From Candidatus Cloacimonadota bacterium (GTDB lineage: Bacteria > Cloacimonadota > Cloacimonadia > Cloacimonadales > Cloacimonadaceae): a DNA stretch of 58,636 bases. A program made the translations under genes and the position numbers. The notes under the pieces are model-generated. The model was given only the letters and a program-made list of their open reading frames with translations, had not been told where the DNA came from and did no database searches. Positions 7,574 to 16,452 of the stretch are shown piece by piece. Location of the stretch: positions 1 through 58,636 of the forward strand of contig JARRCD010000001.1 in NCBI GenBank assembly GCA_029982875.1, given 5' to 3'. The first letter of the stretch is position 1. Each line of letters opens with the position of its first letter.

Positions 7574-9643
7574 TTACTGAATATCGTTATCCTGCCAGGC
7601 AGCTACCACCTTCTGCGTGATATCTTCCGGGACTCTTTCGTAATGAGAAAATTCCTGAGTAAAACGACCTCTTCCCTGGGTAAAAGACTTTAAAGCAGGA
7701 TAGTAATTAAACATCTCCGCCAGAGGCATTTGAGCTGCCAGATGCTGCTTTTTACCATGCTGTTCCATGCCCAGAATCCGGCCCCGACGGGTGGAAATAT
7801 CGCCCATCACATCGCCCATGTATTCACTGGGAACAATGATTACCATATTGTGAATCGGCTCCAGCAAGATGGGTTTGCACTTTTTGAATCCTTCCTTGAA
7901 CGCCATGGAAGAAGCGATCTTGAAAGCCATTTCAGAGCTATCCACATCGTGATAGCTGCCATAATATACTTCCACAGATACATCTACTACCTGGTATCCG
8001 GCAATGATGCCCTTGCTCATAGTCTCCACCAAGCCCTTTTCGATGGCCGGAATAAAGTTTGAAGGGATCACCCCGCCGACGATGGAATTGATGAATTTAA
8101 ATCCTTCGCCCCGCTCCGTAGGTTTGATCCTGAAATACACTTCGCCATATTGACCACGTCCACCAGATTGCTTTTTGTGGCGATACTGACTCTCAGCACT
8201 GGCGGTAATAGTCTCTTTGTAAGGAATACGGGGAGCTTTGAGCTCAGCTTCCACTTTGTAGCGGTTTTTCAGCTTTTTGAGCACGAGTTGCAGCTGTTGA
8301 TCTCCCATCCCGGAAAGCACGTTTTCGTGAGTTTCCACATTCAGTTCGTAGCGGATAGTGGGATCTTCGGCAATCACACGTTGCAAACTGGATCCGATCT
8401 TATCTTCATCGGATTGTTTTACGGCCTTGATAGCCTGCCAGGTGGTGGCACAGGGCAGCTCCACAGGTTTGATGGCATGCCGGGCATTGAGCGCAACAAT
8501 GCTGCTCATCACGCGGGCGTTTTTCAGCTTTACCAAAGCCCCGATCTCTCCAGCTCTGATCTCAGAGCAATCATGACGGTTTTTGCCCAACATATAATAC
8601 ATGTTTCCGGCTTTGTCTTTGGCTTCCCTTTCGGGAGTATAAAATTCGGTTCCGGTCTTTAAAGAACCCGAGTAAATCCTTACGTAAGCAAAATCTCCCA
8701 TACTGGGATCAGCATAGAGCTTGAAGATATATCCCAAAAGCTCACCGTCTTCTGAGGCAATGAATTCCTTGCTCTCATCATTCTCTACTAATTCGATAAC
8801 GGGAGCATCAGCAGGAGAAGGAAGATAGTCGATTACGCCTTCCAAAAATGCCATCACTCCCACACCGGTGCCGGCAGAGCAGACAAAGGCAGGAACTATT
8901 TCGCCCGTGGATATGGCTTTTTTGAGCCCTTGAATCAAGTGATCCTGTGCTAATTCCATATTCTCCAAAAACTCATTGAGCAAATCCTCACTGGTCTCGG
9001 CTACCGCTTCCATAAGCAGCATACGGGCTTCTTCTGCCGCTTCTTTCATATGGGGAGGAATCTCGCCTACCCCTGATTCCGTCATAGCCTTTTGCGTGAT
9101 TACATCTACGATGCCCTCAAATGAGCCTTCTTTACCTATCGGAAGATGAATCCTCACCGGTCTGATATCGGTATTTTCATGAATAGCTTCCAAGGTCTTG
9201 TCATAATCCGCATGTTCGTTATCCATCCTGTTTACCAGAATGATCTTACCCTTGGCTTTGCCTTCCACCTGTTCCAAAGCGAGCTCCAGGCCTACTTCAT
9301 ATCCGCCGGTGGCATTGGCTACTATCACTACGTTTTCGACAGCAGGCAAAGCGACAACAGTATCGCCCACAAAATCCGGATATCCCGGAGCATCAAGGAT
9401 GTTTACCTTGTGATCTTTATGATTCACGTAACCGATTGAAAGACCCAGAGACATCTTTTTGGCTGTCTCTTCAGGATCAAAATCAAGCACGGTATTGCCT
9501 TCATCAATCTTGCCAAGTCGGGTTGAACTCTTGGTTTGAAAAAATATTTGTTCGGCCAAAGTTGTCTTCCCAGCTCCGCTGGCTCCGACTAACAATAGAT
9601 TGCGTAACTTCTTCATGGAGTATTCTTTCATCTTCTTCCTCAT
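7574..9643 (-). CDS. elongation factor G paralogue (divergent GTPase motifs)
   Basis: 689 aa with full EF-G domain order. G1 is GASGAGKTT, G3 is DAPGYPDF, G4 is VNRMD. C-terminal EF-G domains IV/V are present (HKKQSGGRGQYG, GVIP..FIPAIEKG). The start is uncertain: alternative ATGs at 9631 and 9616. Confidence 0.85.
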   Translation of the reverse strand: MRKKMKEYSMKKLRNLLLVGASGAGKTTLAEQIFFQTKSSTRLGKIDEGNTVLDFDPEETAKKMSLGLSIGYVNHKDHKVNILDAPGYPDFVGDTVVALPAVENVVIVANATGGYEVGLELALEQVEGKAKGKIILVNRMDNEHADYDKTLEAIHENTDIRPVRIHLPIGKEGSFEGIVDVITQKAMTESGVGEIPPHMKEAAEEARMLLMEAVAETSEDLLNEFLENMELAQDHLIQGLKKAISTGEIVPAFVCSAGTGVGVMAFLEGVIDYLPSPADAPVIELVENDESKEFIASEDGELLGYIFKLYADPSMGDFAYVRIYSGSLKTGTEFYTPEREAKDKAGNMYYMLGKNRHDCSEIRAGEIGALVKLKNARVMSSIVALNARHAIKPVELPCATTWQAIKAVKQSDEDKIGSSLQRVIAEDPTIRYELNVETHENVLSGMGDQQLQLVLKKLKNRYKVEAELKAPRIPYKETITASAESQYRHKKQSGGRGQYGEVYFRIKPTERGEGFKFINSIVGGVIPSNFIPAIEKGLVETMSKGIIAGYQVVDVSVEVYYGSYHDVDSSEMAFKIASSMAFKEGFKKCKPILLEPIHNMVIIVPSEYMGDVMGDISTRRGRILGMEQHGKKQHLAAQMPLAEMFNYYPALKSFTQGRGRFTQEFSHYERVPEDITQKVVAAWQDNDIQ

Positions 9644-9786
9644 CTATTTATATCATTTTCATCGTTAGTTTTGCATGACCGATCCATGATTTTCATTCCC
9701 TTTTAGGTGTCAATGCTTTTGTTTAACTTGACATCTTTACTGATAGAGAATTTACTTGTTTCAAATTACGATTAAGGGGGTTCCAA

Positions 9787-10074
9787 ATGGAACAGGACAC
9801 TCACGACTTTTCAAACCAAATCAACATGAACAGTATGCCAAATACTGCTCCCGTGATGACGATAGGAAATTGGATTGTTACTATGATTCTTATGGTCATT
9901 CCAGTTGTCAATCTCATCATGCTCATCGTTTGGGCTGCAGGCACAAATGACAATCCCAATCGGAAAAACTGGGCTATCGCACAATTGATCTTTATCGCTG
10001 TCGGTATTGTCTTGTGGATGGTGTTTTTCAGCACCTTTGCCGGCATGATAGGAACGGCTTTTAGCGGATATTAA
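9787..10074 (+). CDS. small membrane protein (two predicted TM helices), hypothetical
   Basis: 95-aa ORF. An AAGGGGG SD lies 6 nt upstream. Two hydrophobic helices (IGNWIVTMILMVIPVVNLIMLIVWA and AIAQLIFIAVGIVLWMVFFSTFAGMIG). Confidence 0.5.
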   Translation: MEQDTHDFSNQINMNSMPNTAPVMTIGNWIVTMILMVIPVVNLIMLIVWAAGTNDNPNRKNWAIAQLIFIAVGIVLWMVFFSTFAGMIGTAFSGY

Positions 10075-10201
10075 AAGCCGGGATCATTGGTTCTGCATTC
10101 CTCAAATAGCGATTTCGTAATGCTAAACCAGCAGAGCATAGTGCTCAGCTCTATCCCCCCTGCAAAGCAGAAACTGGTTACAGTCTTGTGAAAATTAAAA
10201 T

Positions 10202-10227
10202 AGCAGCCTGCACGGATGCAGGCTGCT
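10202..10227. terminator. bidirectional intrinsic terminator hairpin
   Basis: agcagcctgca-cgga-tgcaggctgct is a perfect 11-bp stem. It has an A-rich 5' flank (aaaattaaaat) and a T-containing 3' flank. It lies between the + strand membrane-protein gene and the - strand tRNA. Confidence 0.7.
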
Positions 10228-10234
10228 GATTATT

Positions 10235-10310
10235 TGGTGGAGCATAGCGGGATCGAACCGCTGACCTCATGACTGCCAGTCATGCGCTCTCCCAGCTGAG
10301 CTAATGCCCC
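10235..10310 (-). tRNA. tRNA-Ala (anticodon GGC), CCA encoded
   Basis: The reverse complement folds as a 76-nt cloverleaf. Acceptor GGGGCAT/ATGCTCC with the Ala identity pair G3:U70. D arm GCTC-AGCTGGGA-GAGC. Anticodon stem CATGA/TCATG with loop CTGGCAG. T arm AGCGG-TTCGATC-CCGCT. 3' ACCA. Confidence 0.95.
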
Positions 10311-10354
10311 CAAAAGAGCCATATTGTTTGCCCACTTTTGAATCAAGGAAGAAT

Positions 10355-10381
10355 TTGTCAAGCAGAAAAAGACGTTATAAA
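10355..10381 (+). promoter_or_regulatory. weak sigma70-like promoter candidate upstream of the ppiD-like gene
   Basis: TTGTCA at 10355..10360, a 15-nt spacer, then TATAAA at 10376..10381. The spacer is short, so confidence is low. Confidence 0.25.
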
Positions 10382-10544
10382 TCTGTTGATGGGCTAACTA
10401 ATCTATATTGAGATAGTTAGCAAATTATCTGGCCTGCTTTTTGAGTATGAAAGATGGCAGAATGAAAAATAATCCTTGTATAAAAACACAATCTAAGAAA
10501 AGTGACTCTCTAAAGAAAATTATGATCCAATAGTGGAGGCTATA

Positions 10545-12329
10545 ATGCTCGATAACCTGAGAAAGAAACAAAAGATCATCATTTATTTCGTGGCTGTGAT
10601 TTTCATTCTGGGAATGGGAGCCATGGGATTAGTGGAGTTTTTAACTCCCAAACCGTATTTAGGTAAAGTGGAAGGTAAAAAGATCACCCCGGAAATGTAT
10701 CAAGCCAAAGTCCAGGAGGTTTATTCCCGCTATAGTGAGAATAACCCCGATCAACCTATAGACGACAACCTCCGTCGCTCTCTGGAAGGTTCTGCCTGGC
10801 AGGAACTGGTGGATAGCATATTGTGGGATAAACAGATTAAAAAGCACAAGATCAAGGTATCAGAAAGTGATATTCTCACAGAAATGCAGAATAATCCCCC
10901 ACAAGAACTGATGCAAAATGAATCCCTGCAGACAAACGGTCGCTTTGATAATAGTAAATACCTCTCTGCACTGAAGAACAATCCCGAATTCTTTCTGGTG
11001 ATGGAAGATTATGTAAGCAGTTACCTGCCCCGTAAACGCTTGCAAGAAAAGATTATGGCCGAAGCGGGAATCACTCTGGACAGCCTGAAAACCGAATATA
11101 TTAAAGAAAATGATCTTGTAACTGGCAAGATGTTGTTCTTCGATTACAACAAAATCACCGATGTTGAGGTCAGTGAGGATGAGATCAAAGCTTATTACGA
11201 GGAACATAAAGAGGATAAATACAAAAAGGGTCCTGCTACCAGGATCAAATATCTGGCTTTTGAACAAGGCCCTTCTGAGGAAGACTACGCAGAAATGAAG
11301 CGTTCTGCTATCCAGGTCAGAGATCGCATTTTAGCCGGAGAAGATTTTGCCGAACTGGCTCGGGCATACTCCGATGATCCAGGCTCAGCCCAAAATGGCG
11401 GTTCTCTGGGAGAATTTGGCCGAGGACGCATGGTGCCTGAATTTGAGCAAGCAGCTTTTAGCTTGCAACCTGGTGAAATATCCGAACCGGTGAAGACAGA
11501 CTTTGGCTGGCATATCATTCGCGTGGATAGAATTGTAAGCAGCAATCCCGCCGAGCCCAAGATCGAGGCAAGCCACATCCTGTTTAAGGTTGAAGCCAGC
11601 CAGACTACTTTGGCAGAATTGGAAGATAAAGTTCTCGAAGCGCAGGAAATGCTTAAGAAAATGAGCATCGATGAAGTGGCTAAAGCTTACGAAATGGAGC
11701 CCAAAGATAGCGACTGGGTGGCACACGATGCCCAGTATATCCCGGGAATCGGGCAACATCCCCAGCTCTTGGCATGGATGATCAAAGCCAAACCTGGACA
11801 GGTCTCAGAGATTATTCGGGACCAGCAAAACCGCATGATCTTAGCCAAAGTAGAAGACAACGTGAAAGAGTATTACGAAGACTTCGAAAAAGTAAGACTC
11901 CGCATCAAATACGAACTTGAACGCGAGGAAAAGATCGCCCAAGCCAAGATCAAAGCCGATGAATTCGTGGCCAAGTATTCCCCGGCAGAATACTTTGACA
12001 AAGCTGAAGCTGAAGGCTGGAAAGTATTAGATTTTACCAAATACAAACGCGGAAATAGCGCACCTGGAATCGGGGTCTCGGATGTCTTTGCCGATCACGC
12101 TCTCGCTCTGGAAGAAGGCGAAATGTCAGATTTGATTCACGATCCCAAAGGAAGCTATATCATCATGGCCACATCCCGTCAAAAACCAGACCTGGAAGCT
12201 TTTGAAAAAGACGAAGAAGCTCAAGAAAAGATCCGCACAACCCTTGAAACCAAAGCCTGGAACCGCTGGTATCAAAACATGCGGGATAACGCCGAAATCG
12301 TCGACCGCCGCGCTGAATATGGCATCTAA
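10545..12329 (+). CDS. periplasmic chaperone / peptidyl-prolyl isomerase, PpiD/SurA-like (parvulin domain)
   Basis: The ORF runs from GTG 10533. ATG 10545 is preferred because a GGAGG SD lies 5 nt upstream. N-terminal TM anchor (IIIYFVAVIFILGMGAMGL). Parvulin core GGSLGEFGRGRMVPEFEQAAFSLQPGEISEPVKTDFGWHIIRV. Confidence 0.8.
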   Translation: MLDNLRKKQKIIIYFVAVIFILGMGAMGLVEFLTPKPYLGKVEGKKITPEMYQAKVQEVYSRYSENNPDQPIDDNLRRSLEGSAWQELVDSILWDKQIKKHKIKVSESDILTEMQNNPPQELMQNESLQTNGRFDNSKYLSALKNNPEFFLVMEDYVSSYLPRKRLQEKIMAEAGITLDSLKTEYIKENDLVTGKMLFFDYNKITDVEVSEDEIKAYYEEHKEDKYKKGPATRIKYLAFEQGPSEEDYAEMKRSAIQVRDRILAGEDFAELARAYSDDPGSAQNGGSLGEFGRGRMVPEFEQAAFSLQPGEISEPVKTDFGWHIIRVDRIVSSNPAEPKIEASHILFKVEASQTTLAELEDKVLEAQEMLKKMSIDEVAKAYEMEPKDSDWVAHDAQYIPGIGQHPQLLAWMIKAKPGQVSEIIRDQQNRMILAKVEDNVKEYYEDFEKVRLRIKYELEREEKIAQAKIKADEFVAKYSPAEYFDKAEAEGWKVLDFTKYKRGNSAPGIGVSDVFADHALALEEGEMSDLIHDPKGSYIIMATSRQKPDLEAFEKDEEAQEKIRTTLETKAWNRWYQNMRDNAEIVDRRAEYGI

Positions 12330-12364
12330 GATCTATTAAATACAGGATATCCTGTGCAGGACAT

Positions 12365-12400
12365 GGATGCGGAGACAACGGTTTTCGCATCCCTTTTCTT
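12365..12400 (+). terminator. intrinsic terminator candidate after the ppiD-like gene
   Basis: GGATGCG (12365..12371) pairs with CGCATCC (12386..12392). CTTTTCTT follows. Confidence 0.45.
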
Positions 12401-12418
12401 AAAGATAGGGAGAGTATA

Positions 12419-13774
12419 ATGAGTAAACTTATGGCAAGTGTGAGCGGCGTCAGGGGAATCTTTGGCGAAAGCCTTACCCCGCCTGTCGTGCAAAAGTATG
12501 TCGCTGGCTTTGCTATGTTTCAAATGAGTACACATGGCAAAGGTAAAATCATCGTCGGCAGAGATAGCCGCACCACTGGTGAGGCAATGATGCACATCGT
12601 GGCAAGTACTCTGATGAGCATCGGCCTGGACGTATGCTATCTGGGCATAGCCTCCACCCCCACCATCCTTTTGGCAGTGGAGGATAGCGATGCTATCGGT
12701 GGAATAGCCATTACCGCATCCCACAATCCGCCCCAGTGGAATGCTATGAAATTTGTGGATGCAGATGGCATGTTTTTGGCTCCTGATAAAGCAACGGCCT
12801 TCCTTTCCTCTCTGGATAAGGAAACTAACTGGGCCTCATGGCAGGAAATCGGCACTTTCTCGGTGGATAATCAGGCTATCAAAAGACATATCGATAAGAT
12901 CCTGGCCATTCCCTATCTTGATATTCAAAAGATCAAAGACATGAAACTAAAGGTTGTCCTCGATAGTGTAAATGGCGCCGGGGCACATATCTCAGAGACT
13001 CTGCTCAAGACACTCGGCTGTGAAGTGATCAGCATCAATAGTGAACCTACCGGCATCTTCGCACATCCAGCCGAACCTTTGAATCAGAACTTATCGCAAC
13101 TCGAACAAGCTGTGCAAGAACACAAGGCAGACCTGGGCTTTGCCACCGATCCCGATGTGGATAGACTCTCAATCGTTTCCGACCAGGGAAATTGCATAGG
13201 AGAAGAGCTTAGCGTAGCTCTAAGCGAGATCTTTGTCCTCCCTAAAAACCCCGGCGATGTGGTAGTTAATCTCTCCACCTCGATGTTAAGCGATTATCTC
13301 GCTAAACGATATGGCGTAAAAGTGCATCGGACCAAGGTGGGTGAAATCAACGTGGGCAAAAAAATGCAGGCTATCTCATCACCTATCGGTGGTGAAGGTA
13401 ATGGTGGCATCATCTGTCCGGAAGTGCATTATACCCGCGATGCACCTGCCGGAATGGCATTGATTTTGGGGCTGCTGGCTGAAACTGGCAAAAGCATTTC
13501 TGAGCTCGTTAATGAGCTACCTAAGTACTATTTTGTCAAAGACAAGATCAGCCTGAAACCAGAAGAGATGGAAGCTGCGATGCTGAAGGCCAAGGATATC
13601 TTGAGCGGCTACGAGATAGATACCCAAGATGGCATTAAAGGCAGCAAGAATGACCACTGGATTCACATCCGAAAATCCGGTACTGAACCAATCATCAGGG
13701 TGTATGTGGAAAGCGATGCTTTACAAAAAAGCGAGCAAATCTGCCGGCAAACCCTGCAAAAGCTGATCTCTTAG
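12419..13774 (+). CDS. phosphohexomutase (phosphoglucosamine mutase / phosphomannomutase family)
   Basis: Active-site Ser loop TASHNPPQWNAMKF. Metal loop FATDPDVDR. Sugar loop GGEGNGG. 451 aa. GGGAGAG SD. Confidence 0.85.
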   Translation: MSKLMASVSGVRGIFGESLTPPVVQKYVAGFAMFQMSTHGKGKIIVGRDSRTTGEAMMHIVASTLMSIGLDVCYLGIASTPTILLAVEDSDAIGGIAITASHNPPQWNAMKFVDADGMFLAPDKATAFLSSLDKETNWASWQEIGTFSVDNQAIKRHIDKILAIPYLDIQKIKDMKLKVVLDSVNGAGAHISETLLKTLGCEVISINSEPTGIFAHPAEPLNQNLSQLEQAVQEHKADLGFATDPDVDRLSIVSDQGNCIGEELSVALSEIFVLPKNPGDVVVNLSTSMLSDYLAKRYGVKVHRTKVGEINVGKKMQAISSPIGGEGNGGIICPEVHYTRDAPAGMALILGLLAETGKSISELVNELPKYYFVKDKISLKPEEMEAAMLKAKDILSGYEIDTQDGIKGSKNDHWIHIRKSGTEPIIRVYVESDALQKSEQICRQTLQKLIS

Positions 13775-13804
13775 CAATATCGCACTAAGCGCATTGTGAT
13801 CCTT

Positions 13805-14539
13805 TCAGCGCTCCTGCATCGATAACTGGTAACACAGTAAGGCTGCGCTTACCGCCAGATTCAGAGATTCCATCTTACCTGCCATATCGATGCGAATGCT
13901 TTGTTGAGCCGCCCTCAGCAAAGCTTCATCTATGCCATGAGCTTCGCTGCCCAAAATGAATATCTCTGCTTCGGCGCTGGGAACGTAGTCCCTTAAACTC
14001 ACCCTGCCCCCCATATCCAGTGCAACTAAGCGTGCCTTCCCCATCAGCAATTCCTCTGGGCTCAGATAGCGAAAGGTAAGCTTATATACGGCGCCCATTG
14101 AAGCTCGAATTACTTTGGGATTGGAGACTTCGCAAGAATTCTCGGATAGCAGGATAGCATCCATCCCAAAAGCTTCAGCACTCCGAAAGATCGTCCCCAG
14201 ATTACCGGGATCGGAGATTCTATCCAAATAAAGCGCCCGCCGAAAAGGAGCGGCCGACTCCTGGGGCAGATCATACAGAGCTGCAACTGAAGCGGGATGC
14301 TCACTGCTGCATATGCGGGACATTTGTGACTGAGTCAATTTATATTGGACAAGCTGCCCATATTCCTGCTGCTGGTCTCCAAACACATATAGCTCGTAAG
14401 GCCTAATCCCGAAAATAGCTAATTGCCGAATAAGGCGGGAACCCTCAACCACGACACGCCCTTGTGCCAATCTATGTTTCTTTTGTTTAAGTTTTGCCAA
14501 ATCGCTAATCCGTTGTTGGGAAATCCAGGGTTTCGGCAT
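13805..14539 (-). CDS. TrmH/SpoU-family RNA 2'-O-methyltransferase (RlmB-like)
   Basis: SPOUT motifs DPGNLGTIFRSAEAFG, LGSEAHGI and MAGKMESLNLAVSAALLCYQ. N-terminal substrate-binding domain. AAGGAG SD. Confidence 0.85.
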   Translation of the reverse strand: MPKPWISQQRISDLAKLKQKKHRLAQGRVVVEGSRLIRQLAIFGIRPYELYVFGDQQQEYGQLVQYKLTQSQMSRICSSEHPASVAALYDLPQESAAPFRRALYLDRISDPGNLGTIFRSAEAFGMDAILLSENSCEVSNPKVIRASMGAVYKLTFRYLSPEELLMGKARLVALDMGGRVSLRDYVPSAEAEIFILGSEAHGIDEALLRAAQQSIRIDMAGKMESLNLAVSAALLCYQLSMQER

Positions 14540-14576
14540 TATCTTATAGCTCCTTAATTCTCAGTTAGCTACAGAG

Positions 14577-14684
14577 TTATCCACAAGCTTTTGTGGATAA
14601 GCCTCCTTAGCCATCTTACTGATAAATAGTCTGTTATAGATATGTTTATTTTCTTCCACACTACTTATCCACAACTTATCCACA
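14577..14684. promoter_or_regulatory. cluster of four perfect DnaA boxes (TTATCCACA) with an AT-rich tract
   Basis: TTATCCACA at 14577..14585 (+), 14665..14673 (+) and 14676..14684 (+). TGTGGATAA at 14592..14600 (reverse orientation). A degenerate TCTTCCACA at 14652..14660. An AT-rich stretch at 14621..14656. Confidence 0.75.
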
Positions 14685-14703
14685 TGCTCTACAAAGCCTT
14701 ATT

Positions 14704-16380
14704 TTAGCGCAAGATAGTTAGCTTTTTCTGCATTTTTCTTCCGCCGCTGCTGAGTTCCAGAATATAGATTCCGCGCTTGAGTTTGGTAAACCCAGGCAGT
14801 TCGTCAAGCTTCAAGAGTCCCGGGCTTTGATGAGGCACCTCAAAGTGGTGACAGATAAGCCTTTGCCCCCTGAGATTATATAGATTCAGAGTCAGACTTT
14901 CAGCACTGCTGTCATCCAGATACCACTCCAGAAAAGCCAGCCGGGCATCGAGTACCGGATTGGGACGGACAAGCATACTGCGTTGCGGGATTTGATATTG
15001 ATAAGTACCAAGCAGAGGCTGGGATTCATTCCCAATTCTGTCCATGGCGTATAAGGCATAGCTGCCATCTGACTCGATGGCAAAGTCAAACACAAATTCT
15101 GGAGCATAGGCCGAGGGATTGATTTCGTATTCCCCATGAGTGGTTTCCAGACGAAAACTGAGTGAATCAACATCGAGAGGACTTTTGATCCCGAGATATA
15201 CTCTGCCATAGCGCTGATCCTGCCAGATCAATTCCGGTGCAGCCGGCGGGGTATTATCTTTCCCCAAAGCGAGATTGACCAAGCTGAGCCATCCGGTTTT
15301 GGCAAAATCCAGCTGCATATAGGTCTGCCAGGCAGCATCGAAATTGAAACGCAAATCAGGATACCATAGAGCGATACTGCTCAGATCAGGTTCGATCCAG
15401 GGAAGAGTATAAGAAGAGGCTAAAATGATCTCTTCGAGTAGCGTCTTCAGCTCGCTTACATCCATGATCCCGGCTTGTTCCAGGCGGATGAGAAATTGCC
15501 ATAAATCGACATCGGCAAAACCGCTATTCATCTCAAAGAGTTCTTCTCTTAAGGGAGCCAAAAGCGGTGCCGCGGATCTTAACTCAGCAGAAAAAGCTCT
15601 GAAAGCAAGATAAAAGTCCTGTAGAGAGGATGTTTGGATGGCCGAACAGGTTGTGATGTAATAACCCGAGGAGGGATTATTCGGAGTTCCGGGGAGATAA
15701 GAATCCGTATAAAGCTGTGGAATCCTGCTTGCCAAAAGCTCAGGATCCCCTTCTATCAGCGGGATCATGGTTTCGTAGGGAAAGCCATACACCGGGACCA
15801 GATCCGCAGAACCAATGATGATATCTGCCAAATCCTTAAGCTCATACATTATCTCAATGCTCTGCATACTACAGGCATCAAAAAGCAGGATATCCAGATG
15901 TGCTGTCCCCCGCAAGGCCTGCTCCAGCTCTTTATTTGCCACTCCGATGACATTACCACTTTCCTGATCAGGTGCGATGTATTTGGGACTTTTATACCAG
16001 CTATCGGCATGAGACCAGAGGATAAGCATCTTACGCTGAGCCGGATAGCGATCAAATCCCCAGTTGATGAAGTCTTGGAGACTTTGCGGGTCACCGCTAT
16101 CCAGCTGCCCCAGGTTTTGGATGATAGAAGACTGAATTCCTGGCTCAGGATGTTGCCGAATCAGATAACGTTTTGCCCCTACATCAGGCAAATCCACCTG
16201 CACGGCCAGATCAAGCCCTTGCGCTTGTTCTGCCTGCTCCATCTGTTCGATATTATGTAAAGCATAGCTCGCCAGGTCATTATCCGCTGCCATATAGATC
16301 AAGACAGTCCAATCCAGAGCTGACAAAACCGCAGTATAGCTGATCAGCAAAATAAAGGCAATCAAGCAGCGAAATTTCAT
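14704..16380 (-). CDS. secreted clostripain-family (C11) cysteine peptidase with T9SS-type C-terminal domain
   Basis: Signal peptide, then WTVLIYMAADNDL (C11 N-terminal signature). His region LILWSHADSWY. Cys region LLFDACSMQS. The C-terminal ~80 aa beta-sandwich (LNLYNLRGQRL...GIYILEL...KLTILR) resembles a T9SS sorting domain. Confidence 0.8.
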   Translation of the reverse strand: MKFRCLIAFILLISYTAVLSALDWTVLIYMAADNDLASYALHNIEQMEQAEQAQGLDLAVQVDLPDVGAKRYLIRQHPEPGIQSSIIQNLGQLDSGDPQSLQDFINWGFDRYPAQRKMLILWSHADSWYKSPKYIAPDQESGNVIGVANKELEQALRGTAHLDILLFDACSMQSIEIMYELKDLADIIIGSADLVPVYGFPYETMIPLIEGDPELLASRIPQLYTDSYLPGTPNNPSSGYYITTCSAIQTSSLQDFYLAFRAFSAELRSAAPLLAPLREELFEMNSGFADVDLWQFLIRLEQAGIMDVSELKTLLEEIILASSYTLPWIEPDLSSIALWYPDLRFNFDAAWQTYMQLDFAKTGWLSLVNLALGKDNTPPAAPELIWQDQRYGRVYLGIKSPLDVDSLSFRLETTHGEYEINPSAYAPEFVFDFAIESDGSYALYAMDRIGNESQPLLGTYQYQIPQRSMLVRPNPVLDARLAFLEWYLDDSSAESLTLNLYNLRGQRLICHHFEVPHQSPGLLKLDELPGFTKLKRGIYILELSSGGRKMQKKLTILR

Positions 16381-16452
16381 CTTTTTTCCTGGAAAGGAGA
16401 GTGCTGGACATTTTGAGCGCGCACCCAGCTCTGAACCAAGGATGTGACAGGC

